A stretch of DNA of 63,962 bases, filler included, from Octopus bimaculoides (GCF_001194135.2; 6 parts of 5 records of this genome joined end to end with filler, not necessarily neighbours in it); one strand, 5' to 3'. Positions 50,030-62,748 are shown, counted from the whole stretch's first letter. Numbers and translations are program-made. The notes: generated by a model not told the origin, from the sequence alone.

Positions 50030-50465
50030 CATCAGCATCATTATCATTTAATGTCCGTCTTTCATTCCAGCAAGGGTTAGAAGGCTTGACAGGAGCTCAT
50101 AAGCCTGGGGATTGTACCAAGCTTTACTCTCTGCTTTGGCATGGTTCTTACGGCTGAATGCCCTTCCTAACACCAACCACTTCACAGAGTAGACTGGGTG
50201 CCTTTTACATGGCACCAGCACCTGTGAGGTCACAAAGTAACCTGCAAGACAAAGATCCCCCAACTGAGGCAGGGAGTGGTTGGTATTGAAGGAGGTGGCT
50301 TTGGGCCAGATGACAAGAGATTAAACTATGATAGAGAGAAAGAAACTGGTGATGTGCTGTTGAGAAGATACATGGTTACCCCATCTGGAGGAAGAGAAAG
50401 AGGGAAAGAGAGAGAGAGAGAGAGAGAAAGCAAGACAGTAAGAGTAGGAGAGCAAGAGAGATGGT
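50030..50465 (-). mobile_element. RTE LINE 3' UTR and tail fragment
   Basis: Reverse complement of about 44760-45275. Confidence 0.75.
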
Positions 50466-51783
50466 GATTTAGGATAGAGTCACACATTAGTCTGGTTCAT
50501 TTGTTTAGTGTTAATGTTCAGACAAGGTTATGTGTAACAAGTTTTATATCCTCATGTTTTACAAAGGTGCATGCAAAATAATATAAAAGGTGTACAAATT
50601 GTTTGTTCCCTCATTAGTGAATTTAGTCAGTCGGTGTGGCTAGTAATTAAGCCAGTAGTTGTTAAGAGTTTTTAGTGTGTTTTTAGCCCACTAATTTAAT
50701 ATAATGTTCGGTCATCCTTTGATCACTGTTAGAATCAATCCAGTGAGGAACAACAACAACTCGTGTAAAACTTGTCAAGACATCATGTACATGAGGGATC
50801 TATTCCGATCTGGGATGAGAGCATTTACACAGCTTGAACATCAACATTCAATAGAACAGAATGGAATTTTAATAAGGAAATGTTTTCATCTTGCTGCATT
50901 CCATGATTGGTGAAAGAGGATTTAAGAAAATTCAATCAGCGAGAAGTTTTCTCGTAGCAGGAATAGAGATGGAGAAACTGTGGCTCGTTGCAGGCAGAGT
51001 GTGAGAGAAAAGGGGATGTTATCTGTTCGTGCATGTCTTTTATAGCGATGTAATGAGTGCCACCCAGTTGCTAACGATGTGACACGGAAGATAACTATAG
51101 ATGACTCTCATTAAAACATGATGGCCCTGGATTCAAGTAAGGTTGCCTACAAGTTAAAGGTTCATGCTGAAAGAACAGAGAGCGAGCACTGTTCTAGCTA
51201 CATAGCATGGTAGTTGTCATGGCCAGGAGTAAAAGAGAGCTAGAAGTCCAAGCTGTGTGGGCAGTTGACCAGCTGCCAGCACAGAAGGGGAAACTAGAAA
51301 AGAGAGAGAATGTATGTCTGACTAGGGTTTTTATACCTCCCTAGTGGAAGTGCCATCAAAGCACCACCTACCGATGACAATGAGGGAACATAAATCTGTC
51401 CTGTTCTCTTTAGCCTTTATGGCCCTTGCTACAGTGGCAATGTGCCAGGGCATACTCTCAAAGCACAACAATGTGAATTTAAATTGAATAGTAAAGGATT
51501 GCTCAGGGTGCATGAGTAGCGAGTTCATAAAAGTGCAAAAGAGGGGGGGAGGGAAAGGAAGGGGGATGCAGTAAATGATGAAACACGGGTATATAAAGGA
51601 GCAACAAGATAGCAATGATACAGTTGGTAGAGGGAGGACAGGGGAGAGAAAGAGAGAGAGAGAGATGAATGAGCAGTGCTGAGCTGCAAGGGGGGGGGCT
51701 AAATGCACAGTGCATGAAGAAGAGATATAGTTTGATTCATTGGGGTATGGTGTGTGAATTACTATTACATGTAGGTGGAATAC

Positions 51784-51892
51784 ATGGTGCATCCAGAACT
51801 TAGTTTTACTGAGGTAGGCAGGTCTTCTCTGGAACTTCTTATTGCCAAGCACAGCCTTCATTGAGGAAACAACAACTTGTCTTATAACCATC
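51784..51892 (-). CDS. Candidate exon C (donor uncertain: 51784 or 51769)
   Basis: ttactag acceptor; phase-2 frame MVIRQVVVSSMKAVLGNKKFQRRPAYLSKTKFWMHH. Donors are weak, and its 5' end is a duplicate of exon B. Confidence 0.35.
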
Positions 51893-52125
51893 CTAGTAAT
51901 ATGTGAATTGTAATCATTTGACACTAAATGAAGACTCCTAGAAAATTTAAATACTTATCAAGTAAAATGGTAACCACTGTAAACAGTAAACAAAAAAACT
52001 ACTTCACACCATATACAAGAACCAATAAATTAACAACACAAGCTACCGTTATTTGCTAAGGCAGTGAGTTAGATTAAAGCTACTGAAAAATACATATAAA
52101 AAAAGAATATAAGAACTTAACTTAC

Positions 52126-52183
52126 AAGTCCTTTGTACACATCTTGCTAATGTAAAATGTCAACAACTTATCTAATAACTGTC
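52126..52183 (-). CDS. Candidate exon B of the unidentified minus-strand gene
   Basis: ttatcag acceptor, TT|GTAAGT donor, 58 nt phase 1/2, open only as (G)QLLDKLLTFYISKMCTKD, continuing exon A in frame. Confidence 0.55.
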
Positions 52184-52329
52184 CTGATAATACATGATTC
52201 ATAATTGTTCAATGTTAAATGAAGACTCCTAGAATTTTTAGTATCTATAAAGTAGTAACCACTATAAACAGTAAACACAGTTTATCACTATTCATTTTAG
52301 TATCTTGATATCTCTTCTAAGAAAACCAG

Positions 52330-53200
52330 CATCATAAAATCTGACTGACTTTTCTTGCTCTTTTTTGGATATCCTCTTCTGATAGCAAACAGTGCTTTTT
52401 CAATCAGCATTCAAGATTCATTTACATCACGTGTAAACCAGTGCAGTTTTCTTCTTCACACTTCGAATAATATCTGTAAAATCCATCAGTTCACTTGCAC
52501 TAAACTTTCATGCAACATTACACTTCAGCATACTAGGCTCATAATTTCTCTTTAGACATTCTCATTTCAATACCCATGTTTCAGTAGCTTGCACTAACAC
52601 ATTTCATATGCATATTCCATAAAATTTGTATTGTAAAATAAACTCTTTGTTGATTACTTCAACATTTCTTTCTTCTAGCAATTATACTTTTGCTAAAGTC
52701 ACTTTCAATGCAAGTGACAAACTACAAGATCATAGACTTCATCTATATGTGTTACGACTGATAACTACTAGAGTGCATATATCATATTTTAAGTACTAGA
52801 TCACTGTCAGCATACCAGAAACTCAATTGTGTACTTTGTATACACATTATTTTAGCTTAGCAAAGATTCAACTTTCTACCAAGTGGACAAGTGTGGTCCT
52901 TTCTAAGAGGCACTGAGATTACTAATTAATGTTCTTTACAATTACTAAACTGATTTTTAGAATGTAGATGATGCTTTCAGTGTTTTCTGCATTTTCTGAA
53001 ACTCTTCTACAGATTTTACTATGATAACTAGGCCATCAGCATACAAAAGCTCCAAGAACTATAATGAATACACAGGAATAAAGAAAGAACCTTATGGAAT
53101 ATATGCATGTACATTAAATTCTTTATTGAACTTGCTAACAGCACTCTTGCATATGACTGTCACAACCTATTCATCTAGTTTCTCAACACTCACTAAATAA
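52330..53200 (-). mobile_element. Old RTE reverse transcriptase relic
   Basis: WELLYADGLVII; ASETWVL; KKKRLHWFTHVM. Confidence 0.7.
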
Positions 53201-53477
53201 CATAAGGAATTTTACTTCATTGCCCACCATCACCTCCAAGATAACCTCTCACCCCCATCCAACCATGAATTAGTCTCTCAAAATCAATCTCATATTAACT
53301 AAATTCAATCTCATAAATACAAAATCAAACTGCTATAAAATACTACAGTTGTATTTCTCCATCTGACTCATGCTTCTTAGTAATGTTTTAATGCTTTATT
53401 TTTGCTATCAGCAACATCATGTACACTGAACAGTGTATTCTCTAATGACATAACCAAACCTATGCTGAGTTTCATCA

Positions 53478-54930
53478 TCATCATTTAATGTCCATTTTCC
53501 ATGCTGGCATACGTTGGTCAATTTCACAGAAGCTGGTAAGACTAGGTGCCGCACAAGGTTCCATTATCTGTTCTAGCTTGATTTCTATTTCTGGAAGCCC
53601 TTCGTAATGCCAACCACTTTACAGAGTGTACTGGGTGCCTTTTATGTAGCACTAGGACCAGTGCTTTTTACTTAGCACCAGCACCGGTATCAATTTTACT
53701 GTGGCAGGCAGGTCTTCCTGTGTACAGTAAGGCGCCAAATATCTTGGTCCTTTGTCACTTCTTTCGTAAGGCTCAGTGTCTTGAGATTGGCCTCCAATAC
53801 TTCATCCCATATCTTCCACAAGTTCATTCTACTTTAAATGATCAGCACTTCTGTATGCAACTGTCTACATCCATATGCATCACATGACCAAACCAGTGCA
53901 ATGTTCTCTCTTGCACATTGCATCTAATTCCTCTGATGCCTAACTTTTCTCCCAATACACTAGCGCTCTGTCACAGATACACACTGACACTGCACATCCA
54001 GCAGTGCATACTAGCTTTATTCCTCTCTAGTCTTCACATGTCTTCTGCATCATACAATCTTCCTTTCACGTGGTTGCCAATAGAGGAAAACGCTCTCTGA
54101 ATTTTCTCCATCCTATTATTATTCTAACAATTACACTTTCCCTGCTTCTTCCACTACAGCTAATTTGGTGCCCTAGGTAACAAAATTTATCAATTACCTT
54201 TAAAGAGCCTTTGAGATAATTGATTTACCATGTATCTGTAGCTTTTATGGCTCTTGTGCATATTCCACATACAGACACTACCTTCTCTGACAACCTTCCT
54301 CTTATTCCACTGCACTTCTTGTGTGTCCATAGCTCACACTAGGTATACTGTATGGAATTCCTGCCTACACTTTTCTTACATATCAAGGAGGTCCATTTAA
54401 CTGATAGGAGAAAGGTCCTGTCCATTTTCTTGCTTACTAAGATATTAGTCTTTCCTAAATTAACCTTAAGGCACTTTGATTCCAGGTTTTGCTTCCACAC
54501 CTAGAATTTCTTTTCTAGTTCTGTTACAGCATCTGCTATAAGAGCAAGGTCATCAGCATATAGCAGTTCCCAGGGGAGCCGGTTTTTAATTTCTCTGTTA
54601 TGGCCTGGAGGACAACAATGTATAGGAGGACTAAGAACCAAACCCTAGCAAAATATTTCCAACATTCAGCTTTGAGACTAGTTTTTGATATCATTCCTGG
54701 CTAGCCTCTTTCTTCCACTTTTATCCAAACCTATTACTTAGCTCCAGTTCGCAATGTGAACTATTGACTGGCAGAGAACCTGCTACTTTCATAGTCACTT
54801 TGGAGTACTCAGTGTCAGCTATATCATAGTTCTCTCTCTCCTCATCACTATCAAAATAATATCACCTGGTGTTGTTCAGAAATTTATTTAAACTCTTATA
54901 ACTTTCTCATTATAGTTAACCTACAGATGC
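53478..54930 (-). mobile_element. RTE LINE relic with RT core and 3' tail
   Basis: GSPWELLYADDLAL (YADD at 54549-54560); (ATG)n tail at 53478. Confidence 0.85.
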
Positions 54931-55374
54931 TAAATACATCCATATTGAAGGATGCATAACTTTCCATGGAAAAACTTCATTACAAGTAAGTAAAAATCAG
55001 ATCTTGCTCTTCTGTTCACCTGAATTGGGCCAGGAAGTTGGATTACTGGATGTCTAAAGTTGGTACTGCTGCAGGCATAGCTAGATAGGCAGCAAATTTG
55101 ATTTGCAATCACATGATTTCACAGTGTAGCATCTTCTGCAGCTGCCTCTGGTTAACCAATGCTTTCTAAGTAAAATCTAGGGAACAGAAACAGTAAGGAA
55201 GCCCATCATATGTATGTATGGTATATATAAAATGGTGGATTGAAAAAATATCTTGAGTTATATATTCTACTTGAGCTGCACAAACTTGCCTTTTTCACAC
55301 TTGAAAAAGTAGTGAACCAATGGTTGGCACATGAAAAACCTTTAACAAACAATGGTATTTTTCACAAATGGTGG

Positions 55375-56030
55375 ATCATCATCATTATTATCACCATCTT
55401 CCTTTAACATCCATTTTCCATGCTGATATGGGTTGGATGGTTTGACTAGAGCTGGCAAGCAGATCTGCACCAGGTTCCAGTCTGATTTGGTTTAGTTTCT
55501 ACGGTTGGATGCCCTTCCTAATGCCAACCACTTTACAGTGTGTGCACTGACAGGAGTGCTTTAACATGGAGTCAACAAAAGTATTTTTTACATGGCACCA
55601 GTACCAGGCTTTTGCAGGCCAATCCTCTTCATCAGGGAAAGCAACATTAACGCTTCTCCTGTGGAGGACAGATCTTCTTGAGGCACCAGATATTTTGGTC
55701 CTTTGTCATATCCTCCATATGGTTCAGTGTCCTGAGGTTATCCTTCAGTACTTTGTCCCACGTCTTCCTGGGTCTCTCTCTTCCACAACTTCCCTCCACT
55801 TTGAGTGATCAGCACTTCTTTATGGAGCTGTTGACACCCATCCACATCACAAGACCAAACCAGCACAGACTTCTCTTTGCATACTGCATCTCATTCCTCT
55901 TATGCCTAACTTTTCTCTCAATACTCTAGCACTCTCTCACACATGTACATTTACATTGCACATCTAGTGGAGCATACTAGCTTCATTCCTCTCTAACCTT
56001 CACATGTCCTCTGCATTTCATTTAGAATTG
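55375..56030 (-). mobile_element. RTE LINE 3' fragment
   Basis: Collinear with 53478-54050. Confidence 0.8.
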
Positions 56031-56129
56031 CTGAGACATGAGCTCTGAATGAAGAGGACATGCAAGCATTTTAGAACTCCTGGAGATTTGAATCCTCTAT
56101 TCATATGCCATGGCCATAGCCTGCATACA

Positions 56130-56270
56130 TACCAGAGTAGCTGTCCTGATATATCTCTATGTGCCCATTGACACTGTCATCTCATGATTGCTTGCACAAA
56201 GGCCTTACAGAACCAATCCTTTTGCTGATCCATCGATTCTAGTTGGAGATCATATGTAGAGAACATTGAT
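56130..56270 (-). other. Near-identical second copy of the 3' part of exon A lacking 5 bp (haplotig or local duplication)
   Basis: Matches 57068-57213 except that CAATT is missing; the copies flank the 797-N gap at 56271-57067. Confidence 0.85.
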
Positions 56271-57070
56271 NNNNNNNNNNNNNNNNNNNNNNNNNNNNNN
56301 NNNNNNNNNNNNNNNNNNNNNNNNNNNNNNNNNNNNNNNNNNNNNNNNNNNNNNNNNNNNNNNNNNNNNNNNNNNNNNNNNNNNNNNNNNNNNNNNNNNN
56401 NNNNNNNNNNNNNNNNNNNNNNNNNNNNNNNNNNNNNNNNNNNNNNNNNNNNNNNNNNNNNNNNNNNNNNNNNNNNNNNNNNNNNNNNNNNNNNNNNNNN
56501 NNNNNNNNNNNNNNNNNNNNNNNNNNNNNNNNNNNNNNNNNNNNNNNNNNNNNNNNNNNNNNNNNNNNNNNNNNNNNNNNNNNNNNNNNNNNNNNNNNNN
56601 NNNNNNNNNNNNNNNNNNNNNNNNNNNNNNNNNNNNNNNNNNNNNNNNNNNNNNNNNNNNNNNNNNNNNNNNNNNNNNNNNNNNNNNNNNNNNNNNNNNN
56701 NNNNNNNNNNNNNNNNNNNNNNNNNNNNNNNNNNNNNNNNNNNNNNNNNNNNNNNNNNNNNNNNNNNNNNNNNNNNNNNNNNNNNNNNNNNNNNNNNNNN
56801 NNNNNNNNNNNNNNNNNNNNNNNNNNNNNNNNNNNNNNNNNNNNNNNNNNNNNNNNNNNNNNNNNNNNNNNNNNNNNNNNNNNNNNNNNNNNNNNNNNNN
56901 NNNNNNNNNNNNNNNNNNNNNNNNNNNNNNNNNNNNNNNNNNNNNNNNNNNNNNNNNNNNNNNNNNNNNNNNNNNNNNNNNNNNNNNNNNNNNNNNNNNN
57001 NNNNNNNNNNNNNNNNNNNNNNNNNNNNNNNNNNNNNNNNNNNNNNNNNNNNNNNNNNNNNNNNNNNTAC

Positions 57071-57264
57071 CAGAGTAGCTGTCCTGATATATCTCTATGT
57101 GCCCATTGACACTGTCATCAATTCTCATGATTGCTTGCACAAAGGCCTTACAGAACCAATCCTTTTGCTGATCCATCGATTCTAGTTGGAGATCATATGT
57201 AGAGAACATTGATGTCTTCACCTTGCCTAATATTAGTCTAAGTCCATCCCCTATCCTGACTATT
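57071..57264 (-). CDS. Candidate exon A of an unidentified minus-strand gene
   Basis: cttttaccag acceptor; 64 open codons IVRIGDGLRL...KDWFCKAFVQAIMRIDDSVNGHIEIYQDSYS; donor TG|GTA(TGT), completed in the duplicate copy at 56127-56132. Confidence 0.55.
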
Positions 57265-57911
57265 CTGGTAAAAGAGCCTCTATGCAATTGTGTGATTCAC
57301 TAAAGTTACCAGAGCAAATCCCCAAAATTCACATTACTACTTTTCATACAGATAAATTGATCCTGAATATAACCCACTGGATAAATTAATCTCAAATTAG
57401 GTATCACTATGAATTTTTGACAATATTTAAATATAATTTCTACTGTACTTTTTCTTGGAGACAATTTGAATGATCAGCAAAATGGTCAAAATCTCGCCTA
57501 ATTAGCCTTAATGAATAATTAGCCATATTTGTCATGTCTTTGAAACTGAGGTGATAATCATCTTCAAATTACACAAATTAATAGTGACCATTAATAGTGC
57601 CTATTTTTTTTTTTTTTTTCAGATTCTTGGAATGAAAACGTCTTTTTGCCAATTTTTTAAATATGTATGTGAAAGCAATTCTGTTACACATCACAAAAAA
57701 TTTCGCTTTGTTTTCATACCGAGCAAACTCTTTAGCATCTCAACTGGCCATATCCAGCCCAAATATTCTCCTTGTTTTATGTTCAAACCAGCTAAATCTG
57801 GCTTCTCACACCTACCCTATAATGTCATTTTAAAAATAAACAAACACATCATCAAAACCTCAAAGCTACAACATAATGCATAATTAATTTAAGATAATGT
57901 GAATGAATAAG

Positions 57912-58011
57912 NNNNNNNNNNNNNNNNNNNNNNNNNNNNNNNNNNNNNNNNNNNNTTAATTAATTAANNNNNNNNNNNNNNNNNNNNNNNNNNNNNNNNN
58001 NNNNNNNNNNN
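57912..58011. other. Assembly spacer
   Basis: Same layout. Confidence 0.95.
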
Positions 58012-58038
58012 ATATATATATATATATATATACATACA

Positions 58039-58790
58039 CTAGTTGAGCAGCCTGCCGTCGTCGGGAAACTTTCACAAGAAAGTCTTTATTTCATTTTTTT
58101 TTTAATTCTCTGTCAGACCTTGTCTACCCCAACGTACAGCCCTCTTGATCAGGACAGATTTCTGCATTATTTGGTGTAATTTATAATGTCTCGATAAACT
58201 AAGTTTCTGTTTTTCTATTTGGTGCATAGATGTAAAGATTTTTCTTACTTCCTACTCTTGAATGTTCAATGTTAAGCTGACCATGAGTGAAACAAGTCTC
58301 TCCATTGCTTGACCTTGCAAGTTATTAATGGAAATGGCAAAACTAAACGCACTGGAAATCAAAATCGCTTGAATTAATATGGGACAACGTTTCCTGAGAC
58401 CGTGCGACGGAGGATCTTGTGCGCTAATCGATGCATTCTATGCTCGGGTGTCTCCTGAGACTGTCCGATAGAAGCTCATGTTCGCATATCATCCAGTCTA
58501 TTCCTTTTCTGTTCGGGTGTCTCCTGAACTCGCAGCTGATGTTTTGTGAGGGTCTTCCAACTCTGTCATACTAATGAAATTCCTCACTCCTCCCACACAC
58601 TACGTGATATGTATACATATACAGAGAAAGAGTGAGAGAGTGTGGTAAATATGTACAGACCGAGAAAATTTACTATGACAAAAACGTAAAAACAGAGACA
58701 AATAGAGGGAAGTAGATAAACATTCAATGATGACGTTCTGAAACTTGAGTTATTTCTCGTATCCAATTATATTTTTTTATTACTAATAAC
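58039..58790 (-). mobile_element. Internally deleted Helitron relic (5' end approximate)
   Basis: QETPEQ-type repeats, then FPVRL.FAISINNLQGQ...CFTHGQLNIEHSRVGSKKNLYIYAPNRKT; degenerate GC hairpin and CTAG|T end at 58039-58042. Confidence 0.7.
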
Positions 58791-58878
58791 CCCAAAAATC
58801 TTCTCCCTGAGACACGGATTTCGAAAATCAAATCTGCTTTTCGCTAGGACGCACCGTTTCGGAGCCTCTCAGTGACAT

Positions 58879-58909
<31 letters not shown>

Positions 58910-59699
58910 TACTCACATTTATACATACATANNNNNNNNNNNNNNNNNNNNNNNNNNNNNNNNNNNNNNNNNNNNNNNNNNNNNNNNNNNNNNNNNNNNN
59001 NNNNNNNNNNNNNNNNNNNNNNNNNNNNNNNNNNNNNNNNNNNNNNNNNNNNNNNNNNNNNNNNNNNNNNNNNNNNNNNNNNNNNNNNNNNNNNNNNNNN
59101 NNNNNNNNNNNNNNNNNNNNNNNNNNNNNNNNNNNNNNNNNNNNNNNNNNNNNNNNNNNNNNNNNNNNNNNNNNNNNNNNNNNNNNNNNNNNNNNNNNNN
59201 NNNNNNNNNNNNNNNNNNNNNNNNNNNNNNNNNNNNNNNNNNNNNNNNNNNNNNNNNNNNNNNNNNNNNNNNNNNNNNNNNNNNNNNNNNNNNNNNNNNN
59301 NNNNNNNNNNNNNNNNNNNNNNNNNNNNNNNNNNNNNNNNNNNNNNNNNNNNNNNNNNNNNNNNNNNNNNNNNNNNNNNNNNNNNNNNNNNNNNNNNNNN
59401 NNNNNNNNNNNNNNNNNNNNNNNNNNNNNNNNNNNNNNNNNNNNNNNNNNNNNNNNNNNNNNNNNNNNNNNNNNNNNNNNNNNNNNNNNNNNNNNNNNNN
59501 NNNNNNNNNNNNNNNNNNNNNNNNNNNNNNNNNNNNNNNNNNNNNNNNNNNNNNNNNNNNNNNNNNNNNNNNNNNNNNNNNNNNNNNNNNNNNNNNNNNN
59601 NTATATATATATCTGTGTGTGTGTAATGGAATTTCTCATCAAAGACGACGTTCAGATTCTGCTGAATTACCTTCACAATTGATTTGTTTATAATGATCA

Positions 59700-59895
59700 G
59701 ATGTATGTGCTGTACATCAGCTCACTCCCGCCATCAAATCAACGTTGGCTGTTAAAGTGCACTCGTGCGCCACCCGTCAGATGTTGAAATGATCGTAAAA
59801 CAGCGTGAAATGAAGTATTTTGCTCAAGAACAGATCGCACCGCCCGGTCAGGGAATTGAACCCACGCTGTAGTAATCGTCAGTGCAACACCCTAA
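59700..59895 (-). mobile_element. Family E-headed SINE fragment
   Basis: GTGAAATGAAGTATTTTGCTCAAGAAC...GGGAATTGAACCCAC. Confidence 0.6.
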
Positions 59896-60104
59896 ACACT
59901 TGACGATACATATACATATATGTGTGCGCGTTTGTCAATGTGTGTTTTATGTGAAATATTTATACGCACATAAATTCTCTTCGACATACGTGGGTCCTAT
60001 AAAACGTTCCCGTAGTTTAGCATGTAATAAGTGCATACCACGCATGTAGACATGCAAACATATGTATATGTGAACATACATATACGTTAAAATATGCACG
60101 CACA

Positions 60105-60140
<36 letters not shown>

Positions 60141-60154
60141 TACACTCACATGCG

Positions 60155-60188
<34 letters not shown>

Positions 60189-61424
60189 CACACATTCATG
60201 ATTACATGTTTCAGACATGCCTACATCCCGCCTAATAAGTGTATACGCACGCGCGCGGACATGCAAATATATGTGTGCATACAGAACAAACATACATAAA
60301 TACATGCTTTTATGCTTAAACACACACTCGTCCGCGCACACACACTCATTATATATATATATATATATATATAAACATATAAAACCATATGTATGTATAT
60401 ATATAAATGTATATATGTATATATATATATATATAAATGCATATGTATTTATATNNNNNNNNNNNNNNNNNNNNNNNNNNNNNNNNNNNNNNNNNNNNNN
60501 NNNNNNNNNNNNNNNNNNNNNNNNNNNNNNNNNNNNNNNNNNNNNNNNNNNNNNNNNNNNNNNNNNNNNNNNNNNNNNNNNNNNNNNNNNNNNNNNNNNN
60601 NNNNNNNNNNNNNNNNNNNNNNNNNNNNNNNNNNNNNNNNNNNNNNNNNNNNNNNNNNNNNNNNNNNNNNNNNNNNNNNNNNNNNNNNNNNNNNNNNNNN
60701 NNNNNNNNNNNNNNNNNNNNNNNNNNNNNNNNNNNNNNNNNNNNNNNNNNNNNNNNNNNNNNNNNNNNNNNNNNNNNNNNNNNNNNNNNNNNNNNNNNNN
60801 NNNNNNNNNNNNNNNNNNNNNNNNNNNNNNNNNNNNNNNNNNNNNNNNNNNNNNNNNNNNNNNNNNNNNNNNNNNNNNNNNNNNNNNNNNNNNNNNNNNN
60901 NNNNNNNNNNNNNNNNNNNNNNNNNNNNNNNNNNNNNNNNNNNNNNNNNNNNNNNNNNNNNNNNNNNNNNNNNNNNNNNNNNNNNNNNNNNNNNATATAT
61001 ATATATATATATACATATATATGTGTGTGCGTGTATATATATATATATATATATATATGCATATATGCATGCATACTTGGTTACACGCATGCATACACGC
61101 GCTGTTGATATTGTCTAAATTCCTATAAAAATACCTAGTTTATGGACTAGAAAGCATCTCTTTCTCCATTGATGAGAAATTCGAAAAAGAACAACGAAAA
61201 TATTAAAAAAGGTACATTTAAATGCATGTATACGTTTACTTGTACGCATCTGTTTATATAATTCGAGAACACTGCATTTTCTCGTGTAATTTTAGTTAGA
61301 CTGGAGACTGGGAATTCTATTACCTGAATGAATGCGAAGCCTGTATTATTTCCTGTTGCATTTCAGTCACGTTTTCTAGAGGGAGGAAAGAAATTGTATT
61401 GTAGTTCATATTCTTTCTTCTCCT

Positions 61425-61597
61425 TTACTTGTTTCAATCATTGGACTGCAGCCATGCTGTCGCACTACCTTGAAGGGATTTAGTCAAACGAATCGATCCC
61501 AGTACTTGTTTTAAGCCAAGTACTTATTCTATCGGTGCCTTAGGGGTCAAACTGCTAAGTTACGGAGACCTAAACAAACTAACGCCGGTTGTCAAGC

Positions 61598-61600
<3 letters not shown>
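61425..61600 (-). mobile_element. SINE family A 3' part
   Basis: Reverse complement of the family A tail, ending in (CA)n. Confidence 0.7.
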
Positions 61601-61644
<44 letters not shown>

Positions 61645-61744
61645 NNNNNNNNNNNNNNNNNNNNNNNNNNNNNNNNNNNNNNNNNNNNTTAATTAATTAA
61701 NNNNNNNNNNNNNNNNNNNNNNNNNNNNNNNNNNNNNNNNNNNN
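61645..61744. other. Assembly spacer
   Basis: Same layout. Confidence 0.95.
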
Positions 61745-61929
61745 ATATATGTATGTATGTATGTATGTATGCATTCAAGTCCTATCGAAGTCAACTGAGC
61801 TTTTCCTCCTTTTTGGATCGATAAAACAAAGTGCCAGCTAAGTCCTGGGATATGTTATCGACTGCCCGCCTCCTTTCAAAATCGCTGGTCTTGTGCCTCA
61901 AATGGAAATCACAATCATTATTATTGTTG

Positions 61930-62130
61930 CTAGGGCGGCGAGCTGGCAGAACCGTTACGGACATCTCTTCTGTATCATTACGTTCTGCGTAGGCCAACTT
62001 TGCTCTTTATCCTTTCTGAGTCCATAAAATAAGTAACAGCTAAACACTGGGGGTCGATGTAATCGACTTAACCCGTCCCTACAATTAACCCTAAAATTGG
62101 TGGCCTTGTGCCAACATTTAAAACCGTCAT
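61930..62130 (+). mobile_element. SINE family C
   Basis: GGCGGCGAGCTGGCAGAACCG...GGGGTCGATGTAATCGACTT. Confidence 0.75.
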
Positions 62131-62199
62131 TACTGATGTTGTTCTTCTTGTTGCTGCTGTTCATTGTTGTTCATGATTATATTATCTCTGCTGTTGTGG

Positions 62200-62363
62200 A
62201 TAGTGGCACTTTTATATATAAAAATAAAAGCTTGCTTCCCAACCGCATCGTTCCAGGATCAGTCCCACTGCGTAGTATCTTGGGCGAGTGTCTTCTACTA
62301 TAGCCTCGGGTCTACCAAAGCCTTGTGAGTGGATTTGGTAGACGGAAACTGAGAGAAGCCCGT

Positions 62364-62406
<43 letters not shown>

Positions 62407-62627
62407 GTGTGTGTGTATATGCTTGTGTGTGTGTGTTTCTCGCCCCACCATCGCTTGACAACCGATGTTGGTGTGTTTATGTCTCCGTAAATTAGCAGTT
62501 TGGCAACAGAGACCGATAGAATAAGTACAAAGAATGAGTCCTGGGGTCGATTTGTTCGACTAAAGTCGGTGCTCCAGCATGGCCGCTGTCAAGTGACTGA
62601 AACAAATAAAAGAATAAAAAGAAAAGA
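62200..62627 (+). mobile_element. SINE family A, near-full-length
   Basis: Same head, microsatellite and tail order as 19747-20122. Confidence 0.8.
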
Positions 62628-62748
62628 ATATATATATATACACACATATATATATGCATACATACATCTATATATATATATATATTTATACATATATTTT
62701 TATTTATTTATTTATTTATTTATGTGTTTCAACCAAGTGGCTGCGGTC

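Noticed and set aside
50500-51720. Possible LTR with a TATA-like box near 51590
   Set aside because: No second LTR, PBS, PPT or TSD could be shown.
55019-55175. Minus-strand segment with a strong acceptor and CAG|GTGAAC
   Set aside because: Stops in all three frames.
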